Shown: positions 47,980 through 55,840 of the stretch, piece by piece
How the letters are laid out: each line of letters starts with the position of its first letter
How positions within the stretch are numbered: the stretch's first letter is position 1
DNA from: an uncultured Lachnospiraceae bacterium
Lineage (GTDB): Bacteria; Bacillota; Clostridia; Lachnospirales; Lachnospiraceae
Direction of reading: 5' to 3'
DNA: 55,840 nucleotides
NCBI GenBank assembly: GCA_902783665.1
Contig: CACZSG010000033.1
Coordinates: 1-55,840, forward strand
The notes under the pieces: model-generated
The model's input: the letters and a program-made list of their open reading frames with translations, nothing else
Database searches by the model: none
What the model was told of the DNA's origin: nothing
Position numbers and translations under genes: made by a program

Positions 47980-48981
47980 TCAGTGACTCAGTTTTTTCTG
48001 CAGCCGGATATCCTTGCCGGAAAGCTTCAGAAAAGTGAATTCGCTGGTAAGCCGTGAAAAGATTCGTTCCGTGTAGATGGCCGCGACACGGTCCAGCGTC
48101 AGGTTGGTGGATATGATAACAGGTTTTTTGTTCAGGATCCGTTCATTCAGGATCCCGAACAGCCTCGAGGACACAAAGGCATTGGTGAGTTCCGTACCCA
48201 GATCATCAATGATCAGAAGGTCACAGTCGGTGATATGCTCCAGCAGCTGTGTGTGCTCTTCCTCCTTCTGGTCGGAGAAAGCGGCTTCAGCCAGTTCGTC
48301 AAACAGACGGAAAGCCGAGAAATAGATGACGGAGTGAGCGGATTCGATCAGGGCCCTGCCGATGCAGCGGGACAGCAGCGTTTTGCCCAGCCCCGTATCC
48401 CCGTAGAGGAACAGGTTCTGACAGGAAGAATCAAACTGCTCCGTGAACTGGCGGCAAACCATAAGCGCATGCTCCGCCAGCTTCCTGGGGGAAGGCTCCG
48501 ACGGAGTGACGGCAGTGTCCGGGTAGTAGTCCAGCGAGAAGTCCTCAAAGCGTTCCTCCGAAGGAGAGTCCAGCAAATGAGATTCTCTGTACAGCAGATC
48601 GATCACCGCCTGCCGGAAACAGTGGCATTTTTCTGTGCCGATATAGCCGGTGTCGCGGCAGTCCGGACAGACATAGCGGACAGAAAGAATATCGCCGGGC
48701 AGCCCGGCCTTCGCCAGGAGGGTCTGCCGCTCCTGCATGCATCTGTCCGTATATTGCCGGTATGCGGCCTGCACTTCTTCCCGCTCACTGTCGGAAGAGG
48801 CGAACAGGATCTTTCTGGCGCTCCGGGTCCCCTCCGCGGCAACCTCCGCGTCAAGTTCCCTCAGACGGGGGATGGACTGATATACCTTTTCCCGCCGTTC
48901 CTCCATATCCTGCCGGCCCCGGTTGCGGTGCTCCAGGTAAATGCGCATAATCTGGTTGTATTGCTCGTTCGTGATCGACAT
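47980..48981 (-). CDS. DnaC/DnaI-like helicase loader ATPase
   Basis: Zn motif CPDC..C.C, Walker A GDTGLGKT, IIDDLGTE, STNL, 'ERIFSR'. Confidence 0.88.
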   Translation of the reverse strand: MSITNEQYNQIMRIYLEHRNRGRQDMEERREKVYQSIPRLRELDAEVAAEGTRSARKILFASSDSEREEVQAAYRQYTDRCMQERQTLLAKAGLPGDILSVRYVCPDCRDTGYIGTEKCHCFRQAVIDLLYRESHLLDSPSEERFEDFSLDYYPDTAVTPSEPSPRKLAEHALMVCRQFTEQFDSSCQNLFLYGDTGLGKTLLSRCIGRALIESAHSVIYFSAFRLFDELAEAAFSDQKEEEHTQLLEHITDCDLLIIDDLGTELTNAFVSSRLFGILNERILNKKPVIISTNLTLDRVAAIYTERIFSRLTSEFTFLKLSGKDIRLQKKLSH

Positions 48982-49002
48982 GTGAAAACCTCATCCGCAG
49001 CG

Positions 49003-50016
49003 TTACTGCGACGCCCCGTTCTCTAAAAGCCGGCGCTCCAGATCCTGATAATCGTATTCACGCTGTGTGTAATTATTGAAACGGTTGCCTGAGCCGGTTC
49101 CGGCGGCAGGCTCTTTCTTTCCGGCCTGGGTTTTCTGCCTGGCCTGATGGGCTTCATCCAGGGCACCTATATCCTGAAGGGAGCGGACATTCTGCTTCTT
49201 CCACTGTTCAAGGATTTTCCCTGCATACTGGAAGGAGGGTTCATGCGTCTGCATGACTGTCCTTTTGCAGGCTTCCAGAACGACGTCCATGGTAAAACCA
49301 AGGTCGGTCAGCCAGTAGGTGATCATCTGCTGTTCCGCGGGAGAAGGATCCCGGCGCCTGATGCCGAAGGCATTCATGACCGTGTAATAGTCTTTATGGT
49401 AAAGACTGGACTCCTTCTGAGCCTCCTGTACGGTCCGGATATTCTTCTCATGCCAGGCAAGCGCGACCTTCCGCATATAGTGCCTGCTGGCGGAACCTTT
49501 GGAAATACAGTATTCAAGCAGGTAAACGATCAGGTCCGAAGAAAAACCGAGCGTATCATAGTAATACAGAAGTTCCTCCTGCTCGGAAGAGGAGAGCGGC
49601 CTTTTCATGTACTGATCCGCCACAAAGAACATCTGGCGGATATCCTCCTGTCCGGAAAGCGCGCGCATCCGGTCCCTTGTCGGAGCGGAAGCAGGTTCCG
49701 GCGCTTCCTGCGGGACGTTTTCCTGACGGGCATCCGGTAAATTCAGCCTGATGGCTGCCGGCTGCCCGGACTGATCCGGGGTGACGGACAGCAGCTGCAT
49801 GCGTTCCCAGTAGGAGATGGCGCGCTGAATGTCCTTTTCCGTACATTCCAGAGCATCCGAAGCCAGTGAAAGAGAAAATTCCGTTCCCGCCTGGCAGTAT
49901 CTGAGCAAAAGAAGGAATACCTTTACAAATTCACCGTTTGCGCGGGACATGTACCCGTCAATAAAAGAATTTGGAATGACTGTGATTCCCTGCCGGAGAT
50001 CAGATGTTATTTTCAT
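49003..50016 (-). CDS. DnaD domain replication protein
   Basis: 'IPNSFID.YM..ANGEFVKV', two DnaD-type 'Y...I...W' repeats; ATG 50016 overlaps the murC end. Confidence 0.85.
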   Translation of the reverse strand: MKITSDLRQGITVIPNSFIDGYMSRANGEFVKVFLLLLRYCQAGTEFSLSLASDALECTEKDIQRAISYWERMQLLSVTPDQSGQPAAIRLNLPDARQENVPQEAPEPASAPTRDRMRALSGQEDIRQMFFVADQYMKRPLSSSEQEELLYYYDTLGFSSDLIVYLLEYCISKGSASRHYMRKVALAWHEKNIRTVQEAQKESSLYHKDYYTVMNAFGIRRRDPSPAEQQMITYWLTDLGFTMDVVLEACKRTVMQTHEPSFQYAGKILEQWKKQNVRSLQDIGALDEAHQARQKTQAGKKEPAAGTGSGNRFNNYTQREYDYQDLERRLLENGASQ

Positions 50017-51403
50017 TTTTGTCTTCCCCGGAGGCAAGCAGGTGCTCGCCCACCTGATATATATCGCCGGCTCCCATTGTAAGGACCAGATCGCCGCTGG
50101 AACAGTGGGAGAGCAGATATTGTTCTATTTCTTCGAAAGAGGGAAGGTAGACGGCATCCGCGCCGAGTTCCTCCAGTTTCCTGCGCAGGGTATCGGAGCT
50201 GATCCCGAGCGTATCCGTTTCACGGGCGGCATAGATATCCGCCAGAACCACATGGTCCGCGAGGAACAGGGCCTGCGCAAACTCATCCATCAGCGATTTT
50301 GTGCGAGTGTAGGTATGCGGCTGGAAGACGCACCATACGCTGCCGGCCTTATAATTAGCGGCTGCGCGCAGCGTTGCCGATATCTCCGTGGGATGGTGGG
50401 CATAGTCATCTATAATGGTGATGCCGTTTACGACACCCTTCTTCTGGAAGCGGCGGTCCGTACCTGTAAAGCTCTCCAGCCCGGCAAGCATGCTGGCTCT
50501 GGGAATGTTCAGAAAATCGGAGGCAGCGGCAGCGGCACAGGCGTTGGAGACATTGTGAATGCCCGGAACCTTCAGGGTAATGCGGTCAGTGGCCTTTCCG
50601 TGACAGACCAGCGTAAAGGTTGGATATCCGTTCGCGTCATAGGAAATGTCTTCTGCATGATAGTCACCCGTCTGAACGCCGAAGGTGGTGACGGTGCAGG
50701 AAAGTCCTTTTGTAAATCCGTCGATATCTGGTGTCTCCGCCTGAAGAATGAGCTGTCCTTCCGGAAGGATATTCTCCGCGAACAGCCGGAAAGAGTGACG
50801 GATATCGTCCAGATCCTTAAAGAAATCCAGATGATCCGCGTCAATGTTCAGGATGATCCCGACCAGAGGGTTCAATGAAAGAAAGCTGTTGGTATATTCG
50901 CAGGCCTCCGTAAGGAAGGTGTCCGAAGAACCAAGCCGCACATTGCCTCCGATCGACTGAAGCATGCCCCCGACGGAGATGGTCGGATCCGTTTCGGCGG
51001 CCATCAGAATATGTGCCAGCATGGAGGTGGTGGTCGTCTTTCCGTGAGTACCGGCAACAGCGATGGAATTACTGTAGTTTTCCATCAGTTCACCCAGAAG
51101 CTGGGCACGGCTGAGCATGGGCAGCTCCCGGCGGAGGGCTTCCTGATACTCCGGATTGTCCGGATGAACGGCGGCAGTATAGACAACGACCTCTGTTTCT
51201 TCGCTGATATTTTCCGCCCGCTGGCCGTAGAAGACAGTTGCGCCGAGCTCTTCAAGCCATTCCGTCAGTGCGGACCTGCGTGAGTCTGAGCCGGTCACCG
51301 GGAATCCTTCCTTAATTAATATGGCGGCAAGGCCGCTCATACTGATCCCGCCGATGCCGATGAAATGAACATGGACGGGCTGCTGATACTGAATCTGATA
51401 CAT
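50000..51403 (-). CDS. murC: UDP-N-acetylmuramate--L-alanine ligase
   Basis: HFIGIGGISMSGLA, AGTHGKTTT, EACEY, DDYAHHPTE, FQPHTYTRT. Confidence 0.96.
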   Translation of the reverse strand: MYQIQYQQPVHVHFIGIGGISMSGLAAILIKEGFPVTGSDSRRSALTEWLEELGATVFYGQRAENISEETEVVVYTAAVHPDNPEYQEALRRELPMLSRAQLLGELMENYSNSIAVAGTHGKTTTTSMLAHILMAAETDPTISVGGMLQSIGGNVRLGSSDTFLTEACEYTNSFLSLNPLVGIILNIDADHLDFFKDLDDIRHSFRLFAENILPEGQLILQAETPDIDGFTKGLSCTVTTFGVQTGDYHAEDISYDANGYPTFTLVCHGKATDRITLKVPGIHNVSNACAAAAASDFLNIPRASMLAGLESFTGTDRRFQKKGVVNGITIIDDYAHHPTEISATLRAAANYKAGSVWCVFQPHTYTRTKSLMDEFAQALFLADHVVLADIYAARETDTLGISSDTLRRKLEELGADAVYLPSFEEIEQYLLSHCSSGDLVLTMGAGDIYQVGEHLLASGEDKNENNI

Positions 51404-51457
51404 AATGTGCTCCTGAAAAAAAGTCTGAAAGACCCGGAGAGACCCCGGGCCTGTGTC

Positions 51458-52861
51458 TTATTCTTTGCCGTTCCAGCAGTAAGTGCACAGCTTGCACGGC
51501 TCAATGCCGATGGAACGGATCATGTCATCCAGCCTGTGATAGCGCAGAGAAGTAAAATTCAGCTCTTTGCAGATATCATCAAGCATACCCTGGTATAAGG
51601 GGTGATCGGGATCTGTGTAATCGGCAAGATTGTCCGGCTCCATACAGCCTTCCCGCCGGAGAATGATCCTCCGCGCGATCAGGTCCAGATCCGATGTGGA
51701 GCGTGAAAAATTAAGATATTTGCATCCGAACATGATGGGAGGACATGCCGGTCTGACATGCACTTCCTTTGCGCCGCTCTGGTAGAGAAACTCGGTGGTC
51801 TCGCGCAGCTGTGTGCCCCTGACGATGGAGTCGTCAATGAGCAGGAGCCGTTTCCCCTTGATCAGCTTGTGCACCGGGATCAGCTTCATCCTTGCGATCA
51901 GGTTCCGCTGGTCCTGATTGGTCGGCATGAAGGAACGGGGCCAGGTAGGCGTATATTTAATGAAGGGACGGGTAAACGGAATGCCGGAGGCATTGGAGTA
52001 GCCGACGGCATGAGCGGTTCCGGAATCGGGAACGCCCGCGACACTGTCCGCGTCCGCATTGTCACGCTTCGCCAGGAGACGACCGCATTCATTGCGCATG
52101 AATTCGACATTGACGCCCTCGTAGCTGGATGTCGGATAGCCGTAATAGACCCAGAGGAAAGAGCAGATCTTCATTTTGTCCCGCGGGGGAGCAACAGTCT
52201 CCACTTTTTCCGGAGTGACAAAAACGACTTCGCCCGGTCCGAGCTCCTTCAGGTCTTCATATCCCAGATTCAGGAATGCGAAACTCTCGAAGGAAACACA
52301 GTGCGCATCCGCTTTCTTACCTATTATAACAGGTGTCCTTCCAAGACGGTCTCTGGAGGCGTAGATGCCTTCGGAAGTAAGGAGAAGGACCGTCAGCGAT
52401 CCGTCGACCTTTTCCTGGAGATAACGAAGCCCATCCACGATGGTGTCCTGCTGGTTGATGACTGCGGCCGCGATCTCTGTCGGGTTGATCATTCCGCCGC
52501 TCATCTCGAGAAAATGGGAGTGGCCGTTGTGGTAGCACTCTTCGACCAGTGCGTCCGCATTGTTGATCTTGCCCACCGTGGTAATGGCGTAGCTCCCAAG
52601 GTGGGAGTTTACCAGCAGCGGCTGGGGTTCATAATCGGAAATGCAGCCGATTCCCAGGTTTCCCTCCAGGTCCTCCGCATCGCGTTCGAATTTGGTCCGG
52701 AAAGGAGAGTTCTGGATATTGTGAATGGCCCGGTCAAAGCCATCCTTTCCGTGGACGACCATCCCGGCTCGCCTGGTACCAAGATGAGAGTGATAGTCCG
52801 TTCCGAAAAACAGATCCAGTACACAGGAACCTTTTGAAGCAACACCAAAGAACCCACCCAT
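51458..52861 (-). CDS. purF: Amidophosphoribosyltransferase-like protein (no N-terminal Cys)
   Basis: RD.LG, ELGPGE, VPDSG, PRPP loop LIDDSIVRGT, Fe-S Cys (CTYC); ATG 52861 after AGGAGG gives MGGFFG. Confidence 0.85.
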   Translation of the reverse strand: MGGFFGVASKGSCVLDLFFGTDYHSHLGTRRAGMVVHGKDGFDRAIHNIQNSPFRTKFERDAEDLEGNLGIGCISDYEPQPLLVNSHLGSYAITTVGKINNADALVEECYHNGHSHFLEMSGGMINPTEIAAAVINQQDTIVDGLRYLQEKVDGSLTVLLLTSEGIYASRDRLGRTPVIIGKKADAHCVSFESFAFLNLGYEDLKELGPGEVVFVTPEKVETVAPPRDKMKICSFLWVYYGYPTSSYEGVNVEFMRNECGRLLAKRDNADADSVAGVPDSGTAHAVGYSNASGIPFTRPFIKYTPTWPRSFMPTNQDQRNLIARMKLIPVHKLIKGKRLLLIDDSIVRGTQLRETTEFLYQSGAKEVHVRPACPPIMFGCKYLNFSRSTSDLDLIARRIILRREGCMEPDNLADYTDPDHPLYQGMLDDICKELNFTSLRYHRLDDMIRSIGIEPCKLCTYCWNGKE

Positions 52862-52973
52862 AGACAAGCCTCCTGATCTTATGCTATTATCTTTTTACGT
52901 TCCCAAGTTTAGCATGGAATTCGCATGAATTCAAGGAACGAGCTGAGATTGGTGAAAGCTGTACAAAAAAGCC

Positions 52974-53002
52974 TTGACGCCTATGACCATTCATGTTAAA
53001 CT
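52974..53002 (+). promoter_or_regulatory. Probable promoter of rpmG-secE-nusG
   Basis: TTGACG-17 bp-TAAACT with TG extended -10. Confidence 0.65.
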
Positions 53003-53138
53003 GGACAGGCGTTTGGAAGCAGGCTTTTTTTTTGTGCCCGAAAAACAGGGTTTTCCGGTTTTTCAAAACAGAAGAGCCCTCCGTTTATCCGGAGGAAAGC
53101 ATCAAAACGACACAAACAAAGAGAGTGAGGTGGAAGTT

Positions 53139-53288
53139 GTGCGCGTCAGAATCACATTAGCATGTACGGAATGCAAGCAGCGGAACTACAATACGATGAA
53201 GGAAAAGAAACTCCATCCGGATCGTATGGAAACCAAGAAGTACTGCCGTTTCTGCAGAAAGCATACCATGCATAAGGAAACCAAGTAA
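53139..53288 (+). CDS. rpmG: 50S ribosomal protein L33 (Zn-binding C+ form)
   Basis: GTG start; [17 protein letters not shown]...[17 protein letters not shown]. Confidence 0.96.
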   Translation: MRVRITLACTECKQRNYNTMKEKKLHPDRMETKKYCRFCRKHTMHKETK

Positions 53289-53318
53289 GGCGCTGTTTCA
53301 GAAAGGAAATGGATTGAT

Positions 53319-53534
53319 ATGGCAAAGCAGAAAGCAGATACGCCGGAAAAGAGTTCCTTTGAAACATGGTGGGAAGGCGTGAAAGCCGAGTTTCGCAAGA
53401 TCATATGGCCGAACCAGAACACACTGGTGAAACAGACTGGTGCTGTGGTAGCCGTATCCATCGTACTTGGAATCATGATTGCCATTCTGGATTTCGTGTT
53501 CCAGCATGGAATTGATTTTCTGGTCAACATTTAA
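53319..53534 (+). CDS. secE: Preprotein translocase subunit SecE
   Basis: 'EFRKIIWP' plus a single TM; rpmG-secE-nusG synteny. Confidence 0.94.
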   Translation: MAKQKADTPEKSSFETWWEGVKAEFRKIIWPNQNTLVKQTGAVVAVSIVLGIMIAILDFVFQHGIDFLVNI

Positions 53535-53567
53535 ATTCTGAGGAGATCCCAGAACAAAGGAGATTGT

Positions 53568-54089
53568 ATGGCAGAGGCACGCTGGTATGTAGCACATACA
53601 TATTCAGGTTATGAGAACAAGGTGAAGGCCAACATCGAGAAATCCATCGAGAACCGTCATCTGGAAGATCAGATTCTGGAGGTAAAGGTTCCGCTGGAGG
53701 ATGTGGTGGAGATGAAGAACGGTGTCCGGAAAGTCGTTCAGAGAAAGATGTTTCCCGGATATGTCCTCATCAATATGGTAATGAATGACGACACATGGTA
53801 CGTTGTCAGAAATACCCGTGGAGTCACCGGGTTTGTAGGTCCTGGATCCAAACCGGTTCCGCTGACAGAGGCAGAGCTTGAAAACCTGACCAGCCAGCAG
53901 CAGCAGGTGGTCGGAGAATTCCACGAGGGTGATGTGGTCGTTGTGACGGAAGGCCCCTGGAAGGATACCACCGGAGCTGTCCAGAGTGTAAACGACGGAA
54001 AGCAGACCGTTACAATCAACATCGAGGTGTTCGCCGGCGGCGGAACACCGGTGGAACTGAGTTTTTCCGCAGTAAAAAAACAAAGATAA
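53568..54089 (+). CDS. nusG: Transcription termination/antitermination factor NusG
   Basis: WYVAHTYSGYENKV, FPGYVL, VRNTRGVTGFVG. Confidence 0.97.
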   Translation: MAEARWYVAHTYSGYENKVKANIEKSIENRHLEDQILEVKVPLEDVVEMKNGVRKVVQRKMFPGYVLINMVMNDDTWYVVRNTRGVTGFVGPGSKPVPLTEAELENLTSQQQQVVGEFHEGDVVVVTEGPWKDTTGAVQSVNDGKQTVTINIEVFAGGGTPVELSFSAVKKQR

Positions 54090-54112
54090 AATGTGTCCTT
54101 ATGGACGCACCC

Positions 54113-54142
54113 GTGGGAGGGAATATCTCCCGACATTACCAC
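54113..54142 (+). promoter_or_regulatory. Putative ribosomal protein L1-binding autoregulatory leader
   Basis: gtgggaggga..tcccgacattaccac immediately before the rplK RBS; resembles the Firmicute rplK-rplA leader (GUGG GAG..ACCAC). Confidence 0.65.
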
Positions 54143-54158
54143 ATAGGAGGTGCCTGTT

Positions 54159-54584
54159 ATGGCAAAGAAAGTAAAAGGTTATATCAAATTACAGATTCCT
54201 GCTGGTAAGGCAACACCAGCACCGCCTGTTGGACCGGCTCTTGGTCAGCACGGCGTAAATATCGTTCAGTTTACGAAGGAGTTCAACGCAAGAACAGCAG
54301 ATAAGGGCGACCTGATCATTCCGGTAGTCATCACTGTTTACGCTGACAGAAGCTTCAGCTTCATTACAAAGACTCCTCCTGCACCGGTCCTTCTTAAGAA
54401 GGCCTGCAACATCCAGTCTGGTTCCGGCACACCGAACAAGACGAAGGTTGCTACCATCTCCAAGGACAAGGTCCGTGAGATCGCTGAGATGAAGATGCCG
54501 GATTTGAATGCCGGAAGCATTGAAGCAGCGATGAGCATGATCGCAGGTACTGCACGCAGCATGGGTATCACGGTAGAAGACTGA
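54159..54584 (+). CDS. rplK: 50S ribosomal protein L11
   Basis: [30 protein letters not shown]. Confidence 0.98.
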   Translation: MAKKVKGYIKLQIPAGKATPAPPVGPALGQHGVNIVQFTKEFNARTADKGDLIIPVVITVYADRSFSFITKTPPAPVLLKKACNIQSGSGTPNKTKVATISKDKVREIAEMKMPDLNAGSIEAAMSMIAGTARSMGITVED

Positions 54585-54599
54585 GGGAGGTAATTTGAT

Positions 54600-55292
54600 A
54601 TGAAGAGAAGTAAGAAATACAGAGAGGTTGCAAAGACAATCGACCGCGCAACACTCTATGATGTAAATGAAGGCATCGCTCTTGTAAAAGGCGCTGCAAA
54701 GGCTAAATTCGATGAGACCATCGAAGTTCATATCCGTACAGGCTGTGACGGACGTCACGCAGATCAGCAGATCCGTGGTGCGGTTGTTCTTCCTCACGGA
54801 ACAGGTAAGACCGTCCGCGTTCTTGTATTTGCCAAGAATGCGAAGGCTGATGAAGCTCTTGCTGCCGGCGCCGACTATGTAGGTGCTGAAGAACTGGTTC
54901 CGAAGATCCAGAAAGAAGGATGGCTTGACTTTGACGTAGTTGTAGCTACTCCGGACATGATGGGCGTTGTTGGACGTCTTGGACGTATCCTCGGACCGAA
55001 AGGCCTGATGCCGAACCCGAAGGCTGGTACCGTTACCATGGATGTCACCAAAGCTATCGCTGACATCAAAGCTGGTAAGATCGAGTACAGACTTGACAAG
55101 ACCAATATCATTCACGTTCCGATCGGAAAAGCTTCCTTCACAGAGGAGCAGCTGACCGACAATTTCCAGACACTCATTGAAGCCATCAACAAGGCGAGAC
55201 CGGCAGCAGTGAAGGGCCAGTACCTTCGCAGCGTAACGATCGCACCGACCATGGGCCCGGGCGTCAAGCTCAATCCCGTGAAGCTGGCTTAA
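54600..55292 (+). CDS. rplA: 50S ribosomal protein L1
   Basis: [34 protein letters not shown]. Confidence 0.98.
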   Translation: MKRSKKYREVAKTIDRATLYDVNEGIALVKGAAKAKFDETIEVHIRTGCDGRHADQQIRGAVVLPHGTGKTVRVLVFAKNAKADEALAAGADYVGAEELVPKIQKEGWLDFDVVVATPDMMGVVGRLGRILGPKGLMPNPKAGTVTMDVTKAIADIKAGKIEYRLDKTNIIHVPIGKASFTEEQLTDNFQTLIEAINKARPAAVKGQYLRSVTIAPTMGPGVKLNPVKLA

Positions 55293-55321
55293 GAAGTCTT
55301 ATCGTTTCCAAACGCGCAATG

Positions 55322-55358
55322 CGCCGGAGACCGGGTTACCGGGATCCGGCGTTTTTTT
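55322..55358 (+). terminator. Rho-independent terminator of rplK-rplA
   Basis: cgccgga..ccgg-gtta-ccgg..tccggcg followed by T7. Confidence 0.85.
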
Positions 55359-55414
55359 CGTCTTTTCCTGTTTTTATTATTTTGGATATGTTTGAAAATA
55401 AAACATTCTTGTAC

Positions 55415-55612
55415 GCCAGCAGCCCCGGCATGCAGTTTCCTCCAGATGCGCGTTGTCCTCTTCGAGAGGGCTCCGTCGCTGATTCGCAGGCCCCTCCGAA
55501 AACGCGCTCCGCTTGGACGGTTCTCCGGGGCCTGCTGCTATCCTCGCCCTCTCTTCGAGTCCTGCCGAAGCATCTTCCGGAAACTGCAGGCCGGGTCTGC
55601 TGGCTGATTTCA
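55415..55612. mobile_element. Palindromic non-coding repeat element, copy B
   Basis: Core nearly identical to 44171-44379 but with different, still complementary outer arms gccagcagccccggcatgcagtttcc/ggaaactgcaggccgggtctgctggc. Confidence 0.7.
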
Positions 55613-55755
55613 TATATGAAAGAATTGTAGTTTCAAACTTTCGGCTTTTATGCAGATTCCGACAGTTCATAATTAATAAACAGAATCTGACAATATGAAC
55701 AGACCAAAATAAATACCAATACCAGCAGAATAAGCCGATCATCGACTTTTCGACT

Positions 55756-55840
55756 TTGAAGTCAGGCGGCAGATCCTGCCTGTGGTCTCCGGAAGATGCT
55801 TCGGCAGGACTCGAAGAGAGGGCGAGGATAGCAGCGCGCG
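55756..55840. mobile_element. Palindromic non-coding repeat element, copy C (inverted, truncated by window end)
   Basis: Reverse complement of the 3' ~85 nt of copy A, with one internal mismatch. Confidence 0.7.

Noticed and set aside
47980-50016. Prophage replication module or IS21 istB
   Set aside because: dnaD/dnaC-like genes are embedded in a housekeeping murC-prs operon with no phage genes, integrase or istA nearby
52965-53036. Inverted repeat aaaaaagcct/aggctttttt flanking the rpmG promoter
   Set aside because: Short and low-complexity; the left arm lies upstream of the predicted TSS, so no RNA structure is supported
52974-53288. 104-aa N-terminally extended L33 (likewise extended ferredoxin 27488-27763)
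   Set aside because: RBS-supported internal starts (53139, 27593) give canonical lengths; the extensions overlap promoters

Overview
Chromosomal core-genome window of an anaerobic, moderately GC-rich Firmicute. Gene order and protein sequences suggest Lachnospiraceae/Clostridia (inference). In order it holds: AEC transporter, maf, DUF362 Fe-S protein, degV, GH1 beta-glucosidase, archaeal/eukaryote-type proS, a liv-type branched-chain amino acid ABC operon, a ~12 kb cell-surface polysaccharide cluster (GT2s, GT-C, wecE/rffA, WcaJ-like priming transferase, LCP), an atypical clpX plus a sigA-like sigma factor, ferredoxin, an SLC13/ArsB-family permease, gdpP-rplI-dnaB-trkAH, an OmpR/HK two-component pair, a Zn-ribbon/DUF5685-like/J-domain triad, malQ, plsC, ispE-gntR, a minus-strand purF-murC-dnaD-dnaC-prs block, and rpmG-secE-nusG-rplK-rplA. 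No transposase, integrase, CRISPR array, rRNA or tRNA was seen. The most interesting signals are: (1) a ~200-bp multicopy palindromic element (3 copies) with compensatory stem changes and minus-strand GNA-triloop motifs; (2) a second REP-like family with a conserved loop and covarying stems, forming a 111-bp palindrome; (3) a candidate C-rich sRNA with a good sigma70 promoter; (4) a 107-nt G-U-containing hairpin; (5) the DUF5685-like (DDxxD) / Cys-tailed J-protein module behind a 21-bp repeat array; (6) a PurF lacking its catalytic N-terminal Cys. All family assignments come from motif recognition by eye, not database searches.
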